DNA from: Chiloscyllium plagiosum
Lineage: Eukaryota
Reading direction: 5' to 3'
NCBI RefSeq assembly: GCF_004010195.1
Contig: NC_057720.1
Span: 12,695,508 to 12,759,507 of the forward strand
DNA length: 64,000 nt
The notes below the pieces were generated by a model. The model did not search any database. It worked only from the letters and a program-made list of their open reading frames with translations, and was not told the origin of the DNA. Position numbers and translations under genes: made by a program. Each line of letters starts with the position of its first letter. The first letter of the stretch is position 1. Of the stretch, positions 13,746-25,889 are shown piece by piece.

Positions 13746-14331
13746 TTACTGCTCCTCGGATGCTGCCTGAACTGCTATGCTTTTCCAGCACCACTCTAAT
13801 CTAGACTCTGGATTCCAGCATCTGCATTTTTTACCTATCATCCAAGTGTGTCTCCTGCAACAAAGCAATATCTACTGTTTCCTTTCTAAGACTCGAAAGT
13901 ACCTTCTTCCTCTTAAGTTGTGAGTGACTTCCCTTGATGTTCCAGGTACACTATTTAATGAAGTCATTAGCCATAACCCTCTGCAGTAACATTTAGATTC
14001 CAGAGAGGAGGAACTTGAACCACAAATCGCAGAGCCTTAGTGTCACAAGCTCCAGCGAACTTAAAAACCACATAAACTAAAACTATTACAGTTAACAAAC
14101 CTACAAAGCTATCAAAGATTATATACAACAAAAACCAAAAAACAAACCAACATATAAAGTGCCAATGGTGCTGAATAGGTGTACTCACCCCCTGCTCAAG
14201 GGAGTCATCTACACATCCCAAAATCCAACTTTCCACCCTGCTGCCAACACTACAGCCAGGGCATTTAAATACCAGGCATAAACTGCCCGTAAGTAGGCAT
14301 CATCTCTCCACGCTTCAGGGTCTCTGCCTTT

Positions 14332-14367
14332 ATTCCTGATGAAGGGCTTTTGCCCGAAACGTTGATT
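14332..14367 (+). ncRNA. Hammerhead motif, family A, array copy 3
   Basis: attc-ctgatga-a-gggc(tttt)gccc-gaaa-cg-tt-gatt. Confidence 0.65.
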
Positions 14368-14865
14368 TCGAAGCTCCTCGGATGCTGCCTGAATTGCTGT
14401 GCTCTTCCAGCACCACTAATCCAGAATCTGGTTTCCAGCATCTGCAGTCATTGTTTTTACTTCGTTGATTTTAACCCTACTGCGAATCCTCTTGCAAGGA
14501 TGCCTGCCTTGAAGAAGTTTTCCTCCTCTCTCTACAAGAATCTCAGGGAGTCTCTCTCCCACTGCAACTCCCAGGTCATTTCCTCTGCCCTGAAGGTCTT
14601 CAACCATGTCCTGAAACAAACCCGCAACAGCTTCCTCATTTCCCCTTCCCCCACCTCATCCTAGTTTCTAACCTCCAGCAAAACTGTCCCCTTGACTTGT
14701 CCGGACTTGTTCGACCTGCCTAGCTCCCTTTCCACCTATCCACTCCACCCTTTCCTCCCTGACCTATCACCTTCATCTCCTCCCCCACTGACCTATTGTA
14801 CTCTATGCTACTCTATCCACACCCTCCTCCAGCTTATCTCTCCACGCTTCAGGCTCACTGCCTTT

Positions 14866-14901
14866 ATTCCTGATGAAGGGCTTTTGCCCGAAACGTCGAT
14901 T
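14866..14901 (+). ncRNA. Hammerhead motif, family A, array copy 4
   Basis: attc-ctgatga-a-gggc(tttt)gccc-gaaa-cg-tc-gatt, with a GUC cleavage triplet. Confidence 0.72.
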
Positions 14902-16834
14902 TCGAAGCTCCTCGGATGCTGCCTGAATTGCTGTGCTCTTCCAGCACCAATGATCCAGAATCCAGCCATCCCAACCATTTTCCCTCCTCCTGGCTAGAGC
15001 CGCACTACAAACACAAGCAGCAAAGAAAGAAAATACACAATGTGAATAAAGGAATTTTGATAAAAAAGTACCCCACCCATCCATTGATGTAACTTAATTT
15101 AGAATTTGAAAGTGCACATTTAACCGCCGCCAAACATAGTTTAGACCAAATTATTACCAATAAAAAAGGATAGGAAAAGAAACCTGACTTCCTCTTTCCT
15201 TTAAAAGAAAAACAGAGACATACCCAAACAATACTACTATTTGTACATACTAAATTGTTCAAATTAAGTTAATTTGTCCACAAAGTCTCTTGCCTTCCCT
15301 GACATTTCAAAAAGATGTACAGATCCATCTAAGGTGATCTGAAGCACTGCCGGCTACCTCAGAGAGTACTGGATCCCGAGCTCCCTCAGCCTTCTCTTGA
15401 TACTGTCATAGTATTTTCTTTTCAGGATCACCGCCGCTGAGAAGTCCTGGAGGAACATGATCTTAGAGCCCTCGTAAACTAGTGCCTTTGGATGCTTCCC
15501 TTGGTTTCTGGAAGCTTCCATCATTCGTTCCTTATCTCTATAATGATGAAACTTCACCGAGATAGGACGAGGACGTTGGTCCAGACCTGACCTCCTCGCT
15601 GTGACCCGGTGAGTCCTCTCGATCTTCAAGCCTCTCATTCCAGCCTCCAAGTTAAGGAATTTTGGCAACCAGTCCTCTATAAATTCCGCCGGCCGCTCAT
15701 CTTGCTTACCCTCTGGCAGACCGACAATCCGAATATTTTTTCTCCTGCCCCTGTTCTCGAGGTCATCGACTTGGTCAAGCAAATTATGGGCCTGTGTCTC
15801 CAGGGCCTGGATCCTATCCTTGGAGGAACCAGTATCAGCTTCGACCACTGTGAGTGTGTTCTATTTCATCCATCCTTTTCTCCAGGTCTCCCAGCTGCTG
15901 TTCATGCTTCTGCAGCATGAGAGAGATCGGGGCCAGCTTCTCCTCTGTCTGCTTACCCAACATCTCGCGAGATTTCGTGAGCTCCTTCACCAGGGCCTGG
16001 TAAGAAATCGAGTCTGAGGATGCTGCAGACTGGGCTGTGGGCCTGGCACTGGATGCTCCTCCTCCCTTCCTTGGCATCCCTAGACAGCAAAGAGGTTGCT
16101 TTTTAACAGTTTCCTGGGACTCCACAACCTTTTCAGAGTCTCAGGCTATGACAGTGATCCGGGTAAGGTGGGCTAGGACTTTGTCCTGCTTACACTGCGA
16201 TGTGGAACTCTACAACGTGATCTTCCTAGATCGCTGCCATATTGGATCCCCCCACCCAGAATCCAGTTAACTCTGATTTCTCTTCACAGCTGTTGCCAGA
16301 CCTGCTGAGCTTTTCTAAAAATTTCTGTTTTTGCTTCCATCCATTTATTCAGTGTACACTTCCCACTGCCAACATAATCAAAGGTCCTTCCCACCCCAGT
16401 TACCCCTTCTATCGGGCACAAAGTGTAAAAACACACACCAACAGATTCAAGAGCAGCTTCTTCCCTGCTTTTATCAGACTTATGAATGGACCTCTCATAT
16501 ATTAGAGTTGACCTCTCCCTGCACCTTCTCTGTAGCTGTAACGCAATATTTTGCAATCTGTTTTATTCCCCTGATTTGTCTGGTTAGCACTCAAATCAAT
16601 ATTTTTCTCTGTATCTCGATACATGCGGCAATAATAAATCAAATCAAAAATAAAAGCTTGTGCCTGGGGTGTTGCATATTGCTATTGGTTGAAGATTAGC
16701 TGGCAAACAGGAAGGAGGGAGTAAGCCCAAATAGGTATTCTATAGGTTCCTAAGATATAATGAATGATGTGCCAGGAGGATCGGTTCGGGGTCAACTGTT
16801 TACAATTTCTACAACTTACTGAAGTGTGTAGGGA

Positions 16835-17030
16835 AGGAAAGAACAAATTACTGCAGATGCTGGAATCTGTACAGAAAACAAGGAATGCTGTAGATCACAG
16901 CAGCTCAGGCAGCATCCATGGTTAGGGAGCAAGCTAATGTTTTGAGTCTAGATGATTCTTTATTAGCGCTGATGCAGAGTCAGCTAACCCGAAACGTTAG
17001 CTTGCTTTCTCTCAATGGATGCTGCCTGAT
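16835..17030. mobile_element. Degenerate palindromic element with a hammerhead-like remnant (possible fourth family)
   Basis: Inverted arms (caggcagcatccat..agcaagctaa and ttagcttgc..atggatgctgcctg) and ctgatg..gaaacgtta. Confidence 0.55.
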
Positions 17031-18089
17031 GGAAAGGAAGATGTAGTTACCCAATTTGCTGACAGCGCAGAGATAGTTAGGAGTTGTGATTAGGAAGATG
17101 TCTACAGGCTAAGTGAGAGGGCAAAGATGCAGAAAATAGATTATAATGTGGGAAAATGTGAATACATTTGGCAGTAGGAATTAAAAAAATGGCATATTAT
17201 CTAAATGGTGAGAGATTGCTGAACTCTAAGGTACGGATGGATCTCGGTATCCTCATGAAGGAATTGCAAAAGGCTAGAGTACATACATGGTAGGTAATGA
17301 AGAAATGTTAATAATTTCTTTTAGTCATTTAGAAGCAGGGATCTCTTGAATATTTCTAAATAGTTCAGTTAAGAAAGGTTGAGTGTCCTTCCTGATTTAG
17401 TTTGAAGTACCCTTGATCAATAGGGGATAATAAATTCAGAGACAGTGTGTCATTTTCCAAATTTCCTCTGACAAGGGAAACAGTGTTATTGCTTAGTTGT
17501 GTTCCTGCTGTTTCAGGAGGCAGTGAGAGTTAGATTCTGGCACTGAACAGCAGGATTTGCCAAGATTCCATTTGCAACACAGGAAGCAAATTTTTGTTGC
17601 AATGTGCAGGAATATCTATCTTGTGATTCCCTTTGGAATTAACTGCAGGTGCTTTATGCTCAGCTGGCCACCTACTTAGATCCGAATTTGTCCTTTACAT
17701 AATGTAACATTTATTAGACATTATAGATTGGAGGCCATTCAGCCCATTATGGGGAAAGCCAGCCTTTTCTTTATTAAAACAAGACTGTTCCTTTCAGATA
17801 ATCAATATGGCATAACACAACCTTTCTCAGAAGTTAGTGTTGGCTTCTTCCTCTCTGCTTTTTTCATAATACAATTCTGTCTTTGATGCTAACAGAAGTA
17901 CCAGTGGGTCTGACAATCTGAGATATTACTCCACAAGGGAGTTTTCACTGGCCTTCCTCTCTTCCTGCTGCCACTACCATGCTCATCAGTGACCACCCAA
18001 CTTGGATGCCCTCTTCAGGAAAGGTTGGGGTGGGGGTTGGTGGTGGAGGTGAGAGGTGATGTGTTAATTTGAAGAGGAGTTGGGAACTG

Positions 18090-19270
18090 TGACCCTGATC
18101 CTTACTGTTTAAAGTCCTAGAGTTTTTGCAGCACCCAAAAGACACCCTTTGGTCCATCCTGTCCACCTGACCATCATTAAGCACCAATTTATTAAAATCC
18201 AACTTTCCCCTAACTATGTTTGCTGTCGTGATGCAAATGTTCATTTTTAAACACTTTTGTTAATGTTGTGATGGCTCCTATCTCTACCACTCTTTCAGGT
18301 TGTCAGTGCAGATCCCCAGCACCCTCTGGTTAAAGAAACTGTCCTTACCTTCTCTCTGAACTCCCTGCCCCTTACCTTAAATCTATGGGTACTGACCCCT
18401 CTACTGAGGGGAATTATTCATTCCTATCTACCCTATCTATGCCTTTATAAATCTGTAGATCTCAATTAGGCTCCCCCTCAGCATTGAAAAGAACCCCAGC
18501 TTATCTGAACTCTGTTTATAGCTGAACCACTCCAGTTCAAGCAACATCCTGATGAATCTCTTTTGCACCTTCTTTAGTGTCATCACTTCCATCCCATGTG
18601 ATGTGGTGGAACTGAACTGCACACAGTACATCAGGTGCAGCCAAACTAATATTATGCACAGTTTTTATTTATTTCATTGAGATGTGTGTGTTGCTGGATA
18701 GGCCAGGATTTATTGCCTATCTCTAATCACCTAGAGGACAGAGTCAACCAGATTGATGTGGGTCTGGAGTCACATGTAGGCCAGACCAAGTAAGGATGGC
18801 AGTTTCCTTCTCTAAAGTATATTAGTGAACTAGATAGGATCAATCATAAGCTCTTCGCTCTTGCATTCATAGCCTTCATTAACGAAGGGAGGATTCCATT
18901 TACCTTCTGAACTAACCATTGCCCCACTGCCTTCAATGATATCCACTACTTTGATCCTTTGTACTTCCATGGGTCCTATCATTCATTGTGTACTCTCCTG
19001 CCTTATCAGTTCTCCAAAGATGCATCATTTCACACTTGACAGGATTAAATTCCATTTGCTCTGTTCAGGCAACTTGTATTGTCCTGTGGTCGAAGACTTT
19101 CCTCCTCACTAGTTACCACAACATTAATTTTCATGTCATCTAAGAACCTACTGATTATACCTCCAATGTTCATAGCCAGATCATTAAGGTACGCTACAAA
19201 TAGCACCAAACCCTGAAGTATGCTACTGGACACAGGCTTCCAGTCACAAAAATACCCTTCGACTGCAGTG
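18090..19270 (-). mobile_element. Degenerate CR1 LINE containing a SINE at about 18660-18840
   Basis: ORFs YCVQF..KKVQKRFIRML and WKPVSS.I.QG.VLF..Y.NDL. Confidence 0.65.
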
Positions 19271-20721
19271 GGCTGTGATTTGACTGTCCAACAACAACCT
19301 TTTCCATCCCATCTAGAGACTGTCTCAAAGATGTGGAGGCAAATGTTTATTTTGTTTGCCACACCTAACAGAACATCTAAGCAGTTTGGAAGCCAGGCCA
19401 GATACATTCCGAGCATGAGAATGTTATTCTTTGTCCTGCTTGCTCCATATTTTGAAAGAATTGGTTGCATCCCAGATTTCCAGGAATTTCCACACTACCC
19501 TCCATCACATTGCAGGCCAATTGTTATTGGATCAACATATTTGGCCTGTGTGGAAATCTGAGCTCGACTGGCTTATTTTCCATAAGGTAGTGATTGTTCT
19601 CCTCTGGCTGGGGGATCAAAAGGATGCAACCTTAAAATTAGACATAAGAAATTTAGTGAAATGGAGACTCGTACAAATCCGAAACTATCCCATTAAACAG
19701 GATGTGGGCACTGGAAAAACTGGAACAATTTTTTTTTAAACTTTCTTAATGGTATAAAGGACATCAAGGAGTTCAGGTACAAATGGTCCAATTGAACTGT
19801 AGAATAGTATCTGAATGACTTAGTTCCCTTCCTGTGTTCAATGAAGTAAGCCACAGCAAGGGGCAGCTAACAATGGCAAGAGTGGTTTATGGCTCACTAA
19901 ACTATAGCGGTAACCGGGAGCATTATTTAAGTTAAAAACTTAGAGGGGAATGCTTTAACCATGGGTGACTTCAATCGAAGTACAGACTGGGTAAATCTAA
20001 TGATCACCAATGCTGTGGAGGGAGAATTCGTGGAAAGTGTTCAAGACTAATCCTAGACCCTCCAATCCTTGGGACCTGATGATCTTCATCCTGGAGTAGT
20101 TACAGAGACAGTGAATGCATTGGTGATTATCTTTCAAAATTCTATTAATGTAGCAATGGTGCCTGCAGATTGGAAGATTGTAAATGGATCCCACTATTCA
20201 AGAAAGGGATGAGAGAGCGAGAAACTGAGAACTACAGACCTATTGTCCTTACACCATGAGAAGGGGAAATAATAGAATTTACTGAAAACAATGTGATTAC
20301 TGGACTGGAAATAAATGCCTGATTGGCAGACATTTATCATGAATTTATAAAGGGAAAATTACGTTTGACAAAGCTGTCATAGTTTTTTGAAGATGTTACA
20401 AGCAGAGCTAATAAGGGAGAACCAGTGGCTGTGATGTGTTTGGAATTTCAAAAGGCTTTTGTTCATATTCCACACAGGAGGTTACTAAACAGGTCAAGGT
20501 GCCTGAGATTGGTGGGCAATGTGTTAGTGTGGATTGAGGATGGGTTAACAGGCAGAAAACAAAAAGTAGAAATAAATGGGTCATCCTCTAGTAAACAGAC
20601 TGTGACTACAGAATCAATTAGTGCTTGGATTGCAAGCCTGCAGTGACAATGACCTGCAGTGGTTCAAGAAGGCAGCTCACCGGTTCAATACAAAGCTGAA
20701 TAGATTTCCAGTTACTAATGA

Positions 20722-22255
20722 CATAGAAACATAGAAAATTGATGCAGGAGGAGGCCATTCAGCCCTTCGAGCCTATATCTCCACTCAATATGATCATGGC
20801 TGATCATTCAATCTCAGTATCCCATTCCCACCCTCTCTCCATACTCCTTGATCCCTTTAGCTGCAAGGGCCACATCTAACTCCCTCTTGAATAAATCTAA
20901 TGAACTGGCCCCAACAGCTTCCAGTGGGAAAGAATTCCACAGATTTATGAATCTGAGTGAAGAAATTCTTCCTCATCTCAGTCCTGAATGGCTTACCCCT
21001 TTGTTCTTAAACTGTGACCCCTCATTCTGGACTTCCCCAACATCTGGAACATTCTTGTCGCATCTAGTCTGTCTAGTCCCATCAGGAATTTACATGTTTC
21101 TATGAGATTCCCCCCCTCATTCTTCTTGATTCCAGTAAATAAAAGCCCAGTCGATCCAATCTTTCCTCATATGTCAGTCCTGTCATCCCGGGAATCAGTC
21201 TGGTGAACCTTTGGAGACTCCCTCAATGGTCTCCTCAGACTAGGAGACCAAAACTGCATACAATACTCATGGGTGTGCCCTCACTGAGGCCCTGTATAAC
21301 TGCTTATGCCCGAAATGTCAATTCTCCTGCTCCTTGGATGCTGCCTGACCTGCTGCGCTTTTCCAGCAACACATTTTTAAGCTCTGATCTCCAGTATCTG
21401 CAGTCCTCACTTTCTCCTGTATAATTGCAGCAAGACATCCTTGCTCCGATACTCCAGTCCTCTCACTATGAAGGCCAGCATGCCATTAGCTTTCCTCACC
21501 GCCTGCTGCACCTTCAGCGACTATTCCACCATGACACCCAGGTCTCATTGTATCTCACCTTTTCCTAAACTGCCACCATTTAGATAATAATCTGCCTTCC
21601 TGCTTTTGTGACCAAAGTGGATAACCTCACATTTATCCACATTATACTGCATTTGCCAAGTACTTGCCTACTCAGCCAGTCTGTCCAAGTCACCCTGTAG
21701 CCTCCTAGTATCGTCCTCACAGCACACACTTCTACCCAGCTTAGAGTCACCTGGAAATTTGGAAATATTTCATTCAATTCCTTCATCGAAATTGTTAGTA
21801 CATATTATGAACAGCTGGGGTCCCGGCGCTGAACTGTGCAGTACCCCACTCATCATTGCCTGCCATTCTGTAAAGGACCCATTTATTCCAACTCTCTGCT
21901 TCCTGTCTGCCAACCAATTCTCTATTCATGTCAATACGTTACCTCTGATACCTCAAGCTTTAGGTTTCCTTACTAATCTCTTGTGTGGAACCTTGTCAAA
22001 AGTCTTTTGAAAGTCCAGATACACAACCACCTACTGATCCACCTTGTCCACTCCACTGGTGACATCCTCAAAACATTCCAGAAGATTTATTAAGCATGAT
22101 TTCCATTTTGTGAATCCATGCTGACTAGGGCTGATTCTGTCACCGCTTTCCAAATGCTCAGTTTTTAAATCCTGAATGAATGACTCCAGCCTCCTTGCCA
22201 TCACTGATGTGAGGCTAATTGGCTTAAAGTTCCCCATTTCTCTCTCCCTCCTTTT
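20722..22255 (-). mobile_element. CR1 LINE RT and 3' end, interrupted by a family-A fragment at about 21304-21415
   Basis: NFKPISLTSV, SQHGFTK.KSCL.NLLE. The insert is flanked by cctgtataa(c/t)tgc. Confidence 0.8.
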
Positions 22256-22341
22256 CTAAACATCAAAGGATACGGAGTTAAGGTGGGGATATAGCATTGA
22301 TGTGAATTATCAACCATAACCTAGAATGGCTGAGCATCCTT

Positions 22342-22576
22342 AGAACATAGAACATAGAAGAATACAGCACAGTACAGGCCCTTCGGCCCTCGATGTTGCG
22401 CCGATACAAGCCCACCTAACCTACACTAGCCCACTATCCTCCATGTGCCTATCCAATGCCCACTTAAATGCCCATAATGAGGGAGAGTCCACCACTGCCA
22501 CTGGCAGAGCATTCCATGAACTCACAACTCGCTGAGTAAAGAACCTACCCCAAACATCAGTCCTATACCTACCCCC
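22342..22576 (-). mobile_element. CR1 3' tail with an 18-bp TSD
   Basis: gaatggctgagcatcctt at 22324-22341 and 22577-22594. Confidence 0.8.
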
Positions 22577-23879
22577 GAATGGCTGAGCATCCTTGAGGGG
22601 CTCAATGGCCTATTCTTGCTTTCATTTTCCCATAAATCTCATTTGGCTACATTTAAGGGTGAATTGGCTGAGGCTCTGCTCACTTTGAGCATTGATTTAA
22701 CAAACAGAGTCACGTTGCATAAGAAATACAATTTGGTGCTCTCTGCAATTTGATCAGTTGTGGCTAATCTACCTCAATTCTGGTTTCCCGTCAGTTATCT
22801 GCTTATTTCTTGATTCCTTTCATGTCCAAAACAAAGAGTTATTAAGCACTGAGGAAACTCATAACATTACTCAATTCTTCTTAATTGGATTGTTCCAGGG
22901 ACTGCCAGCTTGACCTAACTGGCACTCACCTGCAAAGTTGTTTAAAATGCCCATCAGTCTGTGTATCAAGGCTGCTCATGTTACTCAGTTCTCTGGCACC
23001 AACTGCACTTTAAAGGCAGCACATCTTGTGAAATTTCCCTCCTCTATGGAACACGATGGACAAAATATGACACAGATACAGCTTGTTGAATTGTTTGCCC
23101 CTGAGGTTTTGGATTTGGGGCAATTAGGGATGAGCAATAAATGCCAGTGATGCCCACATCCCAATAAAGAATACAAATCTAACAAATCATTTGAAAGAAA
23201 TCCAACTCGTTAAACTAACTGCATTCTCAAAATACAATGGTGAGATTTGAAATAATAACCTTAACATTCTTCTCAATGGCACATGAGATTACGAGTTCAG
23301 CGACATAAACAGAACACAACTATATTCCCTATTCAGCAACACAGCTAGTTTAGCTACTTTATCCCCTACCCAGCAATATAGCAACAAAGCTATTGTGTCC
23401 CCTGTATTGTAACAAGGAAATCATTGGAGCATAATGGATGTTTGGTTGTGGCAGTGTTGAGTTTGAAAGTGATGACCAGTCTTTTATTTTTAGACTGATA
23501 TGCACAATCCACCTTTAATTTTTATTCTTTCGTGGGATATTGGCTTCGCTGACTAGGTCAGCATTTACTGCCCATCCCAAATCACCCAGAGGAAAGAATC
23601 AACTACTTTGCTGTGGGTCTGGAGTCACATGTAGACCAGATGACATAAGGATGGCAATTCCCTTCCCTAAAGGACATAAGCAAACCAAATGAGTTTTATC
23701 AACAATGGATTCATGGTCAATGAGAGTTTTGGCTCCAGATTTGATAATGCTGGTTCCAGTGAGTAATCAGGACCCCATATTCAAAAAAGTGAAGAGTTCT
23801 GTTGGTCAACATTCACCCCTCAATGAACAAGCATTAAACATGGTTGCTACCTTTGTTCACACAATCATAGTTACTGAAC

Positions 23880-25280
23880 TTAAAAATCACACAACACCAG
23901 GTTATAGTCCAACCTGTTTATTTGGAGGCACTAGCTTTCAGAGCGCTGCCCCTTCATCAGGTGGCTGTGGGGCAGAATCATATGACACATCATTTATAGC
24001 AATAGGATTGCGGTGTCATGGAATGTAATATTCAAGAAATTTAGCTCAAGTCTTTCAGCTTTTAGAATGATCATGTTAATTTCAGTTCCTTCATATGTAA
24101 ATCCCACAACTTTTTAAAAGTTACATTTTTAAAAGATAGCTTTTAACAATAGCTGCCATCTCAGCTCAGATAACGCATTGAAGGTGTAAAGTTAAAGCCT
24201 ATCTGTGTCGTAATCTTAGGTCAGACTGACTCTATTTCTAAAGTGGGATTTACAGAATCTTACATGGATTTATGCAGTTTATGAACAAAATAAAATGTAA
24301 TTCGCTGGGCACCCGGGTATTTTCCTATCTTCCTGGTGGTGGAAATTGAATAAAGATTTGTGCACTTTGTGTCTTTCACTGTGTCTCACATCTGCACGCA
24401 CACACACCATGGGTGCTGGGGATAAAATAAGCACTACCGCACTTAGGTGGTAGTGTGGGGGTTAAATTATAAAAAAGAAAAAATATAAAGAGGAGATGCT
24501 GGGGAAAAAATATATATATATATAATAAGCACTACCGCACTTAGGTGGTAGTGTGGGGGGAAAAAAAAACAAGAAAAAAAAAAATAAAATAAAATGTAAT
24601 TCTGCAAGTACAAATTCACCCCATAAACTTATATGTGTACGTGTGCAGGGGAGACTGAGGGAGTGTGTACATATAGGTTTGTGTGTGGAGGTATGAGTGT
24701 CTCTGAAAGCGTGTGTGTATATGAGTGTAATGGGGTATAAGTCTGTGAGTGGGTGTGTGTATGGGTGTGCGCGTAGGGGGTGTATGTGTGAGCGTATGAG
24801 AGACAGCATGTGCATGAGAAGGGGCTTATGTGGGAGTGTGGGTCTGTAGATGTGTGCGTGCGTGCATGTGTGAGAGAGAGAGTGTGTATAGTGCAGTGGG
24901 GTCACCTGTAGTGTGACATGAACCCATGGTTCCGGTTGAGGCCATCCACATGGGTACCACACTTGGCTATCAGCCTCTGCTCGGCCACTCTGTGTTGTTG
25001 CTTGTCCTGAAGTCTGCCTTGGAGGATGGTCACCCGAAGGTCCGAGGTCGAGTGTCCTGAACCACTGAAGTGTTCTCTGACTGGGAGGGAGCACTCCTGT
25101 CTGTTGATTGTTGTGTGGTGTCCAGTCACCTGTTGTCATAGTGTCTGCTCGGTCTCACTAATATACCATGCCTCAGAGCGTCCTTGCCTGCAGCATATAA
25201 GATAGACACCGTTGGCTGAGTCACATGAGTACCTGCTGCATACATGGTGGGTGGTGTCCCCATATGTAATGGTGGTAATG
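23880..25280 (-). mobile_element. Penelope-like element 3' part (GIY-YIG endonuclease, CA-rich UTR, family-B hammerhead at about 23929-23963)
   Basis: EHFSGSGHS.SDLRVTILQG..EQRLIAK. Homologous to 34485-35640. Confidence 0.85.
24304..24585 (+). mobile_element. Poly(A)-tailed retroposed 3' fragment with a duplicated hairpin, inserted in the Penelope element
   Basis: AATAAA at about 24349, an A-rich tail, and TSD aaaataaaatgtaattc at 24287-24303 and 24586-24602. Confidence 0.7.
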
Positions 25281-25359
25281 GGATATGGTTACTCAACTTT
25301 GAAATGACTCATTGCAAATACAGTTCTTTGCAAACGTTACTTTCATATTTACTGTCTGG

Positions 25360-25742
25360 GGAGATAGCGGTAATGGTGCAATGCTACTGGAAGGTTACTT
25401 AAGGGGGCCAAGTTAATGCTATGGAGGTCACAGGTTCAAATAAGGCTGTAGCAGTGTGTTGAATTTAACTTCAATTATTAAGTCAGGAACTGAAAACTCA
25501 TCTTGGCGATGGTGACCATAAAATGCTGTTGATTGTCTCAAAAACCCATCTGGTGCACTAACTTTAGGGAAAAGAAATCTGCCATCTTTATCCCTGGCCA
25601 GATGTGAACCCAGATCCATGGCAATGATGTTCACTATCAGCTGCCCTCAGTAATTGCCTCATGAGTCACTCAGTTCAAGGGCAATTAGGAATGGGCAATT
25701 AATACTGGCCTTGCAGTATCCCGTGAAATAATTGAAAAAAAA
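25360..25742 (+). mobile_element. Second SINE family, probably tRNA-derived (other copies at about 18660-18840 -, 23520-23750 -, 31357-32120 +, 33390-33570 -)
   Basis: The copies share the core aacccatctggt.cactaa..tttagggaa..aaatctgcc and a gggcaattaggga tail. Confidence 0.6.
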
Positions 25743-25889
25743 CACACCTAGGAGAATGTAAAGTAGAAAACTGGACAGCACTGTTACGGACGTTATATCA
25801 TTCTTCATCACTTAAATGGGGAAATCAGTGAGTGCTGTATAAATCTAATCTCCTTTCTCCTTCTGTTTCGCTCTGGCCCCATCTCCAAA

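Larger units (their letters stand above)
13040..14360. repeat. 622-bp tandem repeat (two full units plus the start of a third)
   Basis: Identical ORFs occur at 13345 and 13967. The unit is a Penelope terminus plus the L1 ORF2 start and inter-ORF sequence. Confidence 0.92.
14302..14962 (+). mobile_element. Internally deleted Penelope-like element with two direct terminal repeats
   Basis: The terminal repeat at about 14302-14428 recurs at about 14836-14962. Confidence 0.7.
5116..16253 (-). mobile_element. L1-clade LINE 'B': both ends present, degenerate, with an internal deletion and nested insertions
   Basis: ORF1 at about 15354-16080 (LENRGRRKNIRIVGLPEG, IERTHR, RPRPI). The ORF2 endonuclease starts at about 13333 (CTWNIKG..IALLQETHL). 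RT and C-terminus run from 8070 to about 5450, with AATAAA near 5135-5140. TSD acccagaa(c/t)ccagtt at 5101-5115 and 16254-16268. Confidence 0.8.

Noticed and set aside
13345..14236. Two identical 89-aa hydrophobic ORFs as a duplicated membrane-protein gene
   Set aside because: They derive from the T-rich L1 inter-ORF region inside the 622-bp duplication.
13040..14962. CRISPR-like or prokaryotic repeat array
   Set aside because: The context is eukaryotic, and the units are long duplicates without unique spacers.
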